DNA from: Dimorphilus gyrociliatus
Taxonomy: Eukaryota; Animalia; Annelida
Assembly: GCA_904063045.1 (NCBI GenBank)
Contig: CAJFCJ010000015.1
Coordinates: 1,247,034-1,311,033 of the forward strand
Length of the DNA stretch: 64,000 nt
Reading direction: 5' to 3'
The position numbers and the translations under genes are program-made. The notes under the pieces are model-generated. The model saw only the letters and a list, made by a program, of their open reading frames with translations, searched no databases and was not told where the DNA came from. This document shows, in pieces, positions 13,683 to 27,555 of this stretch. The stretch's first letter is position 1. Each line of letters opens with the position of its first letter.

Positions 13683-16212
13683 TATAAGCATGTAGGCTAT
13701 ATTGTTTGTGATATTGAACAATATTCGTTTAGGGTAGAAACCTTAATGATATATCAAATATCCTTATTGCATGTCTTTTTCTCAAGAAATGTAATACTTA
13801 GAGCTTCCTCCTTCCAGTGATTTATAGAATGAAAGCGTTTCTTTTTCTCCTTCTTAATTTTATTAATTGAAAAAGAAGACGCTAACGGCTGTTTTATACG
13901 AAAAAAGCTTATTACATAAAAAAGAATCACCGTGTAATTAATAGGCCTATTCACAAAATAATATCCCATTACGCCAATTGGTTGAAAAAAAAAGATTTTT
14001 TCTTGTTTTTTTTATTATATAAGAAAAATGTTATGAGAAAATAAAATATATAAAAAAAAGCCGTCTATTTTCGTATAAACTATTTTAAATAAACAAACTT
14101 TATATATATATTAAAGGTACTAGTATATTGCCTTGCCATTTTCTTCTTGGAATATTAATTTGACCTGAAAATATAGCGTTTAAACGCATTACTCTGCATT
14201 ATATTTTCGTTTGCGGGTAAAATATCCATTTACCACTCCTGTATTGGTTTAGATTGTATTTTTTAGTATCGTTAACCTTTAAGCTATCGCGTGTAATATT
14301 CAGATTATAAACTCTTTCCATTTTGCTTAACTTTTCCATAACAAAGAGGAACGGAATGGATTGAAGAATAAGAAAAAAAAAGTATAAGAAAGAAAGAGAG
14401 AGAGAGAGAGAGAAAGAAAGAAATAAAAAAGAAAAGAAAGGAAAGAGAAAGAAAAAGAGATTAGAACTCAGGTCTTTTTCTTAATAATGCAAATGTATAT
14501 GGAAAAATTTATGCCATAGAAAAAGACGCCGCGAGAAAAAAAAGTGTCTAACCCACCCAATGCCTTTTTTTACCTAATAAAAAAATGGTTAATTCCTCTC
14601 GAATGAGAACCAACCAAGTGACACCGACCTAAATGCAATACTTTTCGGTTGATAACAAATTATTCAAGCTAATTTGCATCTATTTTTCAATTCATCTACC
14701 CTACTCTAGATGTAGCTTTCTAAATCGAAATTTTAGAGGGAAACGCCTCAATTATAGTTGGCAGAGAAGAAACGCACCCTCTTGTGTTCTTGTATTTTTA
14801 AAACATGGGTGTGTACTTTAGTATGTATTCTGATGTCGCTTTCGTTGTTTACATCATTCGCAGGGGAAAATAAATGGTAAATTGGAAAAAAGATGGACTT
14901 TTAATAGTATGCATACTATATTACTGTTAGTATGTGGGGAGGTGTAATCTATTTAGCATAAGCCATAATGGAGTTGTATTTCAATAGCCTAATTTATAGA
15001 TTGTTGCCAACTTAATTAAACGTTTAATGAACTGATTTTCTCTTATTTAATCAAATTTTATCTTACTTTTCAAAAGGACGAAGAAGGAAATTGAAAATTT
15101 ATTAACTACTAATAAATAAGAAAAAAGTCAGATGTTTGTAAATAAACTGAATAGAAGAGAAAACAAAAACATATATTTAAATTATTTGAATATCTAAAGA
15201 ATTGGATACAGATATCTAATTTATTTTTGTCTATTTTCCTCATTTCTCTACAGAAATAATCTTTTTACCTTTCTATTTGCTTTTTTTGTCATTTAAATAT
15301 CTCATTTATGTGGATTATCAACATTTTTTATCGGCTTTACTGAGAAACATACTTATTAACCTACATTATCTAACGATCATTTTCCTTCTGTTCAAATTCA
15401 TATCAACTGTATTTTACACTAGAACATATCCAAGAAAAAATTTATGATAATTACATATGTATACATTATAGTATATACTATAAGTTAGCTGCTATTAATT
15501 GCCTTGCTAATGATGTTCCCCGATGGATACGTAATGATAAAGAAAGCTATTATAATCAACCGATTATCCATAGCTCCAGGACCGGAAGCTAAGAGCATTA
15601 ATGTAAGAACAAAAAGTAATGTAATTAGTTAAAAATGAAATCAAATGTACGTATAGAAACTTAAATATAATGTAAAGCTGCATATCGTGCAACCGCCCAA
15701 TCTAAGAATATGCTGAGTCATTATTTCTTCGACATGTTGGTTAATTAGTAGAAAAATCTATAACGCTTATCATGTGAGGAGATGGAAGGGGAGTAATGTT
15801 AATGATACATACTGTGTATATACAGTAGATATATATATATATATGGTTTTACTTTTTCACGATTTGTTTATAGCTTCTGTGAAAATAAATTGGCTTGGAT
15901 TTCTTTTTTTGGAAGTGGATATTGAACTAGGAGTGATTAATCTTAGTATAAAAGAAAGGAAGAATTTAACCCGTTTGATAGCTTGCGTGTTGACTCTACT
16001 ACAATTTTAACTTTGATTAAGGCTCTTACTATGACTTTTCTTTTCCCTCCGATCAGAGACATTTGTATAAATATACGTAATATGTTTATTCACAAGACTG
16101 ATATGATAATGATGATAATAATAATGAATCAAGTTAATATAGTATTCATAGAAAAGGAGAATTAATTCATATTGAGCTATATAAACTTAATAACTTAGTA
16201 ATACGCATGCTT

Positions 16213-16228
16213 TATATATATATATATA

Positions 16229-16300
<72 letters not shown>
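16213..16300. repeat. (TA)n microsatellite, interrupted by CTG at 16229-16231
   Basis: Read directly from the sequence. The longest of many (TA)n tracts (others at ~8879-8915, ~13651-13679, ~50338-50370). Confidence 0.95.
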
Positions 16301-16844
16301 CATCATCATGTTATTCTTTCATCTAACTAAATTATTCATACGCATAAATCGGCAAAAAAACTTGAATACATAACAACACAATATCTTAAATTGAAAAAAT
16401 ATTCAATTTTATGTTGCAGGCTAGCCCCTTTTAAATTATTAGCCTCGCCTCAGTCAGACTCTTACACACTCAGACAAAATAGACAAACGTACATTTTGCA
16501 TGTATTCAGAGTTTATAGAAAACATAAATGCATAGTAAATGCAAAAGCATTCACTCCCAACGGCTACATTCAAAGTTTTCTCAATCAGTAACGGGCTAAA
16601 AGTATGCAGGATGCGCAATGAGTGCAGGTCTTGAACTTCATTTACTCTTTGTTCTGGAATGAAGAGGTGTTGAAAGAGCGGAAAGAGGGAAGACCGTTCT
16701 AAACAACACAAACATTTACAACTTGCCAGCCATGCAGCACCAAAATGGAATGCTTTAAACATAATAATTTTTTTGTTTTTTAATATTGAACACGACTACA
16801 GTCAAGTTTTTGTTTGCTGCTTGCACTTATTATGACGACATTTC

Positions 16845-17280
16845 TCACATATTTGTTGCTTCCGAAGCACCAGCATTTGATGGCTCTCTCCTCACTTCCA
16901 GCCTAGCATTCTCCCAGTCTCTATCAAATTCTTCATTAATCTCTTCCTCTCGCTATAAAAAATAATGATAAATAGCTATTTCTGCTTTGTTGCAGTTTTT
17001 TTAATAAAGAAATATATATATATATATATACAGTATATATATTTATATATATGTAAGTTTTCTATCATCCAATTAGAAATAGACCTATTTACCTTTCGCT
17101 TTTCATCTTGTAAGGCTGATTTTAATTGTTCCCGTTTCTCATCCATTTCCCTTTGTCTTTTTACTAACATATCTTTCAACTGGAATATATTTTCAGCCAT
17201 CATAAATGCAATTAGTCAAACGGATAAAGAGAAAAAAAAACAAAGCGTTAGAAGAAACGAAAAAGTTAGTTTTTTTGTGT

Positions 17281-17312
<32 letters not shown>

Positions 17313-17326
17313 AATGCATACGTAAG

Positions 17327-17362
<36 letters not shown>

Positions 17363-20300
17363 TTATGTATTTTATATTTTTTTATATTCATATCTTTTCA
17401 ATTTCATATTTATGTTGTTTTTTATTCTTGTTTTTTTTTCTTATCTTGTTAAGGTACCATACCTTTTGCCTCTCTTGAACGGCAAGTTGTATATGTTTAG
17501 TTTGGGCTTCTCGCTTCACCCTATAAGATAGAGATCAGCGTGTAGGATTAGCTTTACGAAAGTAGTTTTTAGTTATCGAATAGAAAAATTAATGTAAAAA
17601 AAAAAAGAAAATAAGAGAATGAGGTAGATAGATAAATAGAGATGGATGAAGAGAGATGAGAAAGAAATAGGGAAAAGAGGGGGGGAGGGAAGGATTTGTT
17701 TAGCAAACAGAGTTGCAACAATAAAATCATCAGGCGAATGAGAAGTGTTTTAAAAGAGCACCTCCTGAACTTCCTTTTTCGCTTGTCTGAGTACTTCATC
17801 TCGGAATTCTCCTTTTTTAACGTAGTGCATGTATTTCCTAGCCTTCTTCTCCCTGCTACAACAATTCGTTACATGCGGGGAAAAACAAATAAAAGATTCA
17901 TGCCGAAAAAAGCCATGCTGGCATTGAAAAGAATAATAAAAAGTTACAAAATAATAATAATAACAAAAATAATTGCTCCAGTAATAATAATACCAGTTAT
18001 ATAATACTCTTATTATCGATTTTATTCATTTAAAAATAATGATATACTTGCCTTGCTAGCTCATTTTTATCCTTATGTTTCTTTACTAAATTCTTCATTT
18101 CTTCTCGGCTTTGTACGTCTAATCTTTTCTTTAGTTCGTTTACCTCTTTATTATGTAGATCGTCCAATTTCTTTCTAATTTCTTCATACTTACTATCGCA
18201 TAAAGTCTCTAGGGTTGCAAATAAATTTGGAACATAACGAAGTTGAAGTTCTTTTCTTTCGTTTAGATGGCATTTTATCAGTTCTAAAAGACTTTCTTGC
18301 TGAGTTTGCTTTAGAGTACGGTGCTGTCAAGATGTCAAAATTAATTTATTTCAAAAATTTAAAACCTTAGCCTACTTCTTCCTCCTGCTTTTCCATTAAT
18401 ACTGACAATTCGCCTTTTGCCTTCTCCGCCATACCTTCGTTCGGATGTAAACCCTTTTTACTAGCCCTTCGACTGGCCTTTCTATGCAATTTTTCTACAG
18501 CATTTTTATTCTTCACTTGATTAACAAGAAGTTTCTCCTCTTGTAATTGATGCACTTCGATTAGCGAGGCTCTGGCTTTATCATGTTTTTTCTTTAAACT
18601 ATCCAGATCCTTCTCTAGCTTCATCACAACTCGGCTATAATTCCTGCACTCTTGAAGAGTTTCTATTGTTATTACCGGAACAACCTCGGCGTCTAAAGGA
18701 TCAAATTAATAGTGAATCATATTGTATAATAAACATAATTTAATTAACAAAGCGCTTGCGACCGAATGAAAAGCACAATTAGCAATAGCATAAAAGAAGA
18801 CTTGACAAGAAAGTGAATTTATCCTACTCCTCAGATGAAAAAAGAAAAATTTTGTTTACCAAAGCTATTTTGTTAATTTTTTTCATAGGTATTGTTTTGA
18901 TAGACTTTTGCTTTCTAAAATAGATTTATTAACTAGCAAGCGTAATTAGATTAAATTATATCCATATAATAAAGATAAAGATATGATATATGTGTATATA
19001 TATCTAATATTTATCTATATGATATATGATTTGTTTGATTTGATGATAAGTCTTTCAACTGAAAACTCACTTTTCAGTCTCGTGATTTTTATCACGTCTA
19101 TTTTGTTGGACGTCTTTGGTTGTTTTACGCCACCATTTTCACCTTGATGATGTGGGCTATTAGGAAGACTGGAGATTTTCGATGCTGCTCCAGCTAAGAA
19201 AAGAGAAATCACAGAAAAAGACAAGTGTCATGCAAAAAATAAGGGACGAAAGCTTTGACAGCGGACAATAAAAATTTCATCGGCACGAGTCACGAAAAGT
19301 CTACAGGAAGAATAGACGTCGCTAAAGCGTGCTGTATACACCGAATACAATGTACACAAAAGACGCGTTACCATTCAATTTCGCGCTGACGCTTTCCATT
19401 ACATTCGAAACAGATGACGTCATTCTCGACATTGGAGGTGGTGGACCTGCATATTATTTGTTTACCGACTCGTCCCCGAATTGTAATTTGTATTAAATCC
19501 AATGTTATAAAAGAGAGTGGTTGCACCCTCTTACAAATTACTTACCGGAAGCTGCTTGCTGACTGTTGGTAGACACCGTACTTTGTTGTTTATCCATGTG
19601 AGGACGTTGACCATGCTGACTGCCCCCTCTGGATATGGGAGGACCATCAGATGATTTAGAAATAACACTTTGATTTCTATCCCTCCTAATGGAATCTTCT
19701 TTATCGTCACCGTTTACATCCTGTTGCTGCTTAAGTAACAGGGAAGAAAGGACTTTTGATTACAGAAAGCAAGTAAAATATTCATACGAATGGCAAATAC
19801 AAAACAAAAAACAATATATCTTTCCTTCGTTTCTTGTATCTTGACAAGACAGTACATTAAATTGAAACAACACTACTACTTACTTCCTCCTCCTATTCGC
19901 GAAAAAGAAAAAAAAATAGAAACTAAATGTAAACAAAAACCAACTAAAAAAAAAGATACGCGAGAGAATTAACCCTCATTATAGACACTTACGTCCACGT
20001 CGAATTCGTCGAAGACGGATAATTGTTGAGTGTGTTTCTCAATATTGGATTGATAAGCGATGGGATTCGCAAGAGCGGCAGCAAACTCTGATTGAGAATA
20101 ATTCACTCTATTTTTTTCTACCACTTCACAAAATTAACAAAAACTACTTACGGGCGAACGAATCAGGAATGTAATCTCGAACGTTGATATAGACGAACAG
20201 AGAGGCCATATTCCCCCTTTGATTGCATTCGTTTCGCAAACAGATATGTCTATAACCGGGTCGCAGCCCGTCGACAGGAAGTACCCGATGACCTAAAAGA

Positions 20301-23300
20301 GTTCTGTTATTCTCGTCTAATACGGCTATCCTAAGAATCGCAAGAGCAGGCAGTACGACTTTTTTAAAGACGAATGCTTCTTCACCGTAAATTGGATTAA
20401 TGCCATTATTTGGAACAGTTTTGGTACGAAATTTTTTTCTGACTGTATCTGCTGGTATACCGTACATATCTACCTCCACATACGTGCTAACTCGCCTATC
20501 AGATAGTAATTGTCCGGAAATTACTCTCAATTCAACGGTATTGGCGACTATCCCGTCAACAGTCGACTCGGCGAAGGGGTCGAAATGTCTATCCTTACGC
20601 CTCATGCATTCAGGTTTTAGCATATATCCCGATCTATTATTATATTCGAACAGGCCTAAATTCAACTGCATTGCTAAATCTGCAAATGAATAAATTAATA
20701 ATAATTGAGTGTAAATACACAACAGTATGTGTTTATATATGATTATGTTTGTTATGAGCATTTTTTTCTTTGCTCCTATGATAAATATTCTGTGTATTAT
20801 TATTCGATTTTTACCAAGTGTCTGAAAGTTGAGGGCGACGAACTGACAACCGGCGTTCCAAAACACTTGCGGCAGGTAGTTACCCGAATCGACTCTTGTA
20901 CCTTTCGGGTATATTCTGCTCAACTGGCGTTTATTGTAGCTGCAAAAGAAATCCAATACGATCGAGATTGGAGTACGTAAACGGAAACGCACTTGACAAA
21001 TTCTACTGGTAATTCTTTTAATAAATTAGTCGCTTGCGTTTCAACGAAGGAAGAGCATTCGTAGCTCCTATTTCTTTCTGTAAGAAAGAGAGAAAAAGAG
21101 AAATTATTTTTCCAGTTTTTTTTGTACCTGTAAAAATATACTTTCATGGTTCTCATATAAATAAACAAGAATATTGTATGCCTTTATTATTAGTAAGTAT
21201 TAGATACAATTAAAATATTAAATAGCATTAAAATATATACAGTAGTGATATACTAATACGCTTATAATTAGTAACAATACGCTTTAGAGTACATTATATA
21301 TAAATAATAATTGAGAAATAAAAGCCTTACTTTCCGCTGACTCGAAACTATGAAAATGGACCGGTTGTATATAATTAACAAGTTCCGACATTTCCATACC
21401 GGCTTCAGCTTCTTGTCCGGCTGTACCCTGTAATTTATTTTAAATTTTTGTTCTGTTAGAATCATTTGTTAGCGAAGGTGTTAGAATAGAACTCTCCAAG
21501 AAATTAGAAGAAAAAAAAGCGATTAAAAGAGCCTGCTTCTTTTTTATTTATAAAAAATTCACCCGAGCAGCAAAAAAGAGCAAAGTGCAACCAAAAATAA
21601 TCGTTTTTGCTAATTCATATTTAGACCAAGGTCAAAAAAGGCGGAAAGTGACGAAGCAACTAAAGAAGTTAGATATCACTCGTCGTCTCACCCGAACTTT
21701 TGATATTTTACGCGACTTTCGCAGCTGCTCAATATCGTTTTCCGTTGCTACTTTTTGTGGCTGGGGGCAGTCGTTCAAATCCTGCGCGAATCACGAGTGG
21801 AAAAGGTGGACAGGGGCAAACGTTAATTTAAAAGGTAATGAAGTAAGTAAATACATAAAAAATATGAGTACTTTCACTAAAATAATTATGTCATTATTAT
21901 TATGATTATTTCAATAAAAGAAAATAGAAATCACAATACCAACCCTCTCCTTCTTTTCCTTCATCCTTCTCTTCTCCTCCTCTTCTGTTAAACCCGTTAC
22001 ATCGTCATCTTCATCACTATCTTCCATCGACGTATCGGATTCCGAACCGTCGCCAGCGTCCACTTCGGTTGGTGCAACGCCATCTGACGTCTCCGCTGAC
22101 GTCGCTTCGGTCGCTGTCGAGATAGCGCTTTGTTGGGTAGCTGCCGCGTTCGACGAATCTTTCGATTTTGGCTTGGCTGCAAACATTCAATTATCGGCAA
22201 ACATATTCTCTGCTAGGATAGTAAGGCGGGTTGGATTATGGGAAAAAAAACAAAAATAACTCAATTGCCAAACGGCCAAAAAAATAAATAAATAAAAATA
22301 AAAAGAAAGGAAAATAACAGAAATTAATAATAAATAAATAAATAATAATTGAATATGAAAGGTGTATAATGGTATGACGGGAATTTAGCAAAAGGAGTGG
22401 GAAATTAAGGAGAAAATAAAAACGAAAAATTCGAACTCAAGAGTCGCGCTACTTACGCACGCGATGTTTATGCTTTCTCTTAATCTTGATTAGAATTTTC
22501 CGTTTGAGAAGCTCAGGACTGGGTAAGCCAGAAGCGTGCTTTAGCTGGTAAGAATAAAAAAAGCAGAAAACAGTGAAAGAGAAAGTAGCGACAAAACTGT
22601 CAAATTTTTTGTTTCTTGCTTTTAAGAGAAAAAACAAACCAACAAACAAATAAAGAATGAGAATCATTAGAATATAATAGCGGAGAGAGTCAACTATGTT
22701 GCCACGCATGCCAAAGCCGTCTGTCGGAATCAGTCATTTTTTTGTTTTTTTTTTTTTTTCTACTCACGCTTTTTATGTGAATGCCGCTTCTTGTTCTTAA
22801 CTACGATTTTCCTTTTCAATAAATTAACGCTCGGCAGTTCAATGGCCAATTGCAACTAGAGATTAAGCAACGTTTTTAAAAAAGGGAAAAAATCGTGATC
22901 TGCCTAGTAGCGCTCGTGTCTATTACAGATAGTTCATTATATGGTTCAAATGTTATTCTAAAAACAAACTTACCGGATGCGAATCTAATGCATCAACCAA
23001 GAGCATATCTCCGAATATATTCCTACAATGAGCGGCCATTTTTGCTTGTTGTCTCGGAGAGCAGTGGTTCTCGAAGGATAAAATGACGGGATAATCGGAC
23101 ACTTTAAAAGCGCTCTCTGCGATAGCTTCGATCACCTCTTTGAAGGAGATTTCCGTACACATTGTATAGCCGTGAGTTATTATTGGTTCTTCGTCAGCAC
23201 CTTTACCGTCCCAGCAATCCAATTCGATGCACCTGCAACCGGTCAATAACGTCTGTCTGTACATTTCAACTGAAGATCGTCCAGTTAATTGATGGCCTGC

Positions 23301-23716
23301 GAATGTTAATACATTGATAAGCTAATGAAAATAAAAACTATTTCTTGATTTTATAGATGATACATAAATACAGTATGCTACATTCTGTCTTGTAATTGAT
23401 ATATTTGCAGTATTTATAAAACATTAAATTTACACGCAATCATCAACATACATGAGTATACTAAAAATATGTTGGAAATATATGTTGATATGCGTTTGTT
23501 CATTATATGCAAATATATAAATAATACATCTACATATTATTCCATACTGTCTATATGTTTCTTTATAATATACATATATATCTATATATTTAAATATATA
23601 TTTTTTGTATGCGATATATGTAATGTATATTATAAATATCTGAATATATACTAATACATAAATATATTGTTATATATATATATATACAGTATACATATAT
23701 TTTTCTATATACTAGA

Positions 23717-23755
<39 letters not shown>

Positions 23756-26700
23756 AGCGCGCTTATCGATCGTTTTTGCGCAGCGTTTACCTGTCAGGTA
23801 TGTGTTATGCGACGAATTAATAAAGTAATGGGCTAATGGCTGATCCATATCGTGGCTTAGATCATATTTCTCGGGAGGTACCAGGGCGTTTTCTTCCGAC
23901 ATTAGATAGCGTAGAAATCCTTCTTGAGTTAAATGACCTGCCGGACGAAATCGATAAATTCGACAAACAAACTCGTAGGCACGTCTTGTCTGTGTGTAAA
24001 TTACGTACATTAGCTAATGCGGTTAAACGAAAGACCCGTAGGAAATCTACCGTACATTACTACTAATAATAATGATAATTATTAAAATGGCCATGGTGCG
24101 GATAATGACGACGGTAATAGAGATAATAATTATAACAATAATTATAATAATATTAATAATAATAAATATTAATATCTTGGTAGTAATAATAATCATAATA
24201 AAACAATAGGTATTAATGCTATGTACATAATACGGTATGTAAAATATGGTGTGTATATATTCTAGCATGCATGTTCTTTTCGCAACATTTACGTTACCTT
24301 TCGACTCTGTCGCCGTAAGGGAGAGAAGAAAAAAGAGCAAGTTTTATATCGCGTGATTTTCGAAAAGGAAGAAAAAAATAGAAAAAAAACTAGTGCCTGG
24401 AAAAAGTCTCACGTATACACCTGAACGGAAAGCCTACAACGCCACTAGACGCGTATAAAAGCGTATACCTTTGCTAGCCAAGCTGCCATTCGGTTCGTAC
24501 TGATCAATAATGGCTTGCGCCCTTTTTATATCAAAGTAGGGATAAAGTATCTCGTTCAGTCGAGGATCACGCTGCTCGGCGTTCAGGAATTCCTTAAACT
24601 GTTCAGCGGTCAAGTAGGGTTTCTGTTTAGCTCCTAGTTCATAAAATATCTTATCCACTTCGTTTCTTGTACACAGATGCCTGTAAAAGGTCAAGAAGAC
24701 ATCGAAAGAGAAATTTTCAGGCGCAATCGAATCGTTTTTGCCGAACGATAAATTGGCAGCTTCTAAAGCTTTTTCAACCCTCTTTCTATCATCTTTATGC
24801 TGAGAGAAAAGCCGAATGATGCTAGGGAAAACGAGAATTATTCAAAGATACAAGATAAGGAAAATAAACGAACTTTTTAACCGCAATCTTTCCATCGGCA
24901 TTAGTGACGTAATACAGTTTAGCATACGCTTTTTCCAGACTGGCCATAGGTCCCAAGTTAGCTGAAATTAAATTCGTCGCATAGCTAAAAATATTTGCGC
25001 ACCATTCACGGGCAACGTCCCGCGAATTAGCGGCGAAATTGATGAATTGCACATTGACTAAATCCGTTCCATAACAGATTGTAACCATCTTCTCTTCCAA
25101 CGGAACATCCATTGAACCCATAGTGATTGTATCCCGTAACTTAGTATCCTTAGGCAATCTGGCATGCTTCCCTGTTCGACCATCGCGAATAAGCGATACG
25201 TCGAGAAAATCCATTTCCTATACGAAAATTTCATAATATTTATATCAAGAAAAAATCCACGAACGGCGGAGATCAATCGATACTTTACGTGCGGCGTGCG
25301 TAGCCGCTCGTTATTGCGTATAATTTACACTATATTTAGAAAGCGATGTTGACGAGCGTTTACGAAATGATGCCATAGAAACGTCTAACGGATGCCGGTT
25401 CTTGTTTTTTACGTTACAGGCTTATGATAATCAGATCGGTCGCTATTGTAGGCAACGAGCACTAATTGGCATTCGCTTCCGATTCTGCGCCGCTAAATGT
25501 CAAAATTTGCCCAATCCAACCGCATTCGCTCTCTTCTCTTTATCACCTCAGCCGCCCCGTTTTACATACGATTTCCATTAGTATTTTTATTACGTACTGC
25601 AACATATATATCGGTATTATCTCCGTCTATGTCTATAGAGACTATACTGCATTACTATGTCGCGCCCGCTTATTACCGGCGCATTCATCTCAATTTTATG
25701 TAAATTGACAAACATTCTAGGCAAATATCAATTTTCCCCTTATTCATGCGGTTAGATCTATAGATAACACGAAAAAAGGCGAGCAACTGAAAAAGAACTA
25801 AAAATCCAGCTTCCTGTCAAGGATTATAGTCAAGTAAGAACCCCTATAACCCTAAACAAATTTACACACGTGTATATACAATATATATCTGTATATATAC
25901 ATTTATATAAATATATGTATATAAAAGTATACATATATAGTCATATATACACATTGAAATATATATATATATATATATATATAGGTATATAAATATGCAT
26001 ATGTATAATATAAATATATATATATATTGCTAGATTACACTCAGAAATAATCTAATCTCACACCAAGAGTCTTTATTCTGACTCCAACTTCAACAACTAA
26101 AAATTTCATCACCAACCAACATTATCATTATCATTATATAAATATTATTTAAGCCCAACAATATATATATATATTGTGTGTACTATTTATATAAATATAT
26201 AAATATAAATTGTATATGCTCTACTCCTCTATACATATACATTTATAGATATATATTTATATAATTGTATGTAGATGGCAATGCGAACATAATAATGCAA
26301 CCGAAAAGGTTAATAGAAGGGAAGAATAAAAAAAAAGCCTATGAGTGGTAAATAAACACAAACGTCTTACCTTATGCTGTATAATAGACGAGTGCAAAGA
26401 GTACAATATCATTAGTTTTTTTTCGTTCTCATATACTATATACATGGCGAAAAAGACCGATGTCTTAATAAATCAGCGTATATACAATGGTGGTCAATAG
26501 TTATTGACCGTTTTATTCGCCGGTATGCGGTCAAATATATAAACAAAGCACAAGAGTGACAATATAAGCGTCTAAGGCGTCAACTGAATGCTTCGCTAGC
26601 ATTTCGGTAAACAGCGATCACCAGTTATATTACATAGTTTTAATCCCTACATTTTTATCTGTTGACTTTGTTAAACGTCTTTTAAAGGCGTCGACTAAAG

Positions 26701-27413
26701 ACGTCACGCATAATCATTAACACTAGGTGCACGCTCCTGTACTCTTCTCTTTAGTTATCTATTTTTTAATACGTATATAGTTCTTTTTTTTTATTACATT
26801 TTCTGTTCTGCCTTAAAAGTCATAGGCTGTCAAATGCAGATTGTCACAAACACTTTTCTTCAACTAACCTTCATTTGATCTTTCCAATACAGAATATAGC
26901 CCTTCGGGTCCATTTTGAGCGTGACCGGCGTACCGACGGTCGAATCCTGTATTTTAATAAAGAGTTGGTTGCTAAGCGATAAACGTGAAGGACTATGCTT
27001 AATCACACACAATTAAGGTAATATCATTAATTAGAACGGCGCACTGAATGACAATCGAGCGTAGAAGGCTAATTAGAAGCAACGACTGCACCAGAGAAGG
27101 AGAAAAGAAAGGGAAGATAAGGTGAGAAATAGAAGGATGAGATGTTATAAACGACAAATCATTCGATTGATCCAAAGCGATGTAAGACATTAATGAGCTG
27201 TTCATTATCAAGCATATGATAATGATGCAACTCTTTGTATGGCTGGAAAAACTGGCGTTCTTAATAAACACTCGATTATCGCTCAATTGTTTACGCCTTC
27301 TTCCTTATACTTACATCGTCCCACTTGACGAACTTGTTACCCTGTACTAACGATTCGGGTACGTTGATTGGTTTCAATTGATTTATGTGTACTCCTGGTT
27401 TAGCTCCAGCCAT
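16845..27413 (-). CDS. PLCB: Phospholipase C beta (PLCB1-3/Plc21C type)
   Basis: N-terminus [15 protein letters not shown] (ATG 27413; exons 27315-27413 and 26869-26946). PH and EF regions, X-box ([37 protein letters not shown]), acidic X-Y linker, Y-box ([16 protein letters not shown]), C2 domain ([21 protein letters not shown]) and coiled-coil CTD. The last exon ends ...ASEATNM* at 16845. Confidence 0.97.
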
Positions 27414-27473
27414 GTCGCCATTCGACTGCAAACAGATTCACTAGCCAACTGCAATTTGTCGCCAGTCGCCTAC

Positions 27474-27485
27474 AGCGCCATCTAC
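27474..27485 (-). promoter_or_regulatory. CTCF-like motif TAGATGGCGCT ~60 bp upstream of the PLCB ATG
   Basis: Consensus match inside the 142-bp CBS-PLCB gap. Confidence 0.5.
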
Positions 27486-27555
27486 GTTTTAATTTACCGG
27501 TAGCGACGTCTATTGCGCAAGGAATAATAAAAATTATATTTCTGTTATTGCACGT

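Noticed and set aside
16454-16762. 102-aa minus-strand ORF just downstream of the PLCB stop
   Set aside because: No domain features, and it probably lies in the PLCB 3' UTR. No supporting splice evidence.
16965-17531. 188-aa plus-strand ORF and similar YI/IY-repeat ORFs (e.g. 50302-50556, 23469-23654)
   Set aside because: They are produced by (TA)n microsatellites and lie antisense to PLCB exons and introns, with no domain signal.
22470-22500. PLC X-box end KILIKIKRK differing from the canonical KILIKNKK
   Set aside because: The two functionally important lysines (K-x-K) are retained, so the change looks neutral.
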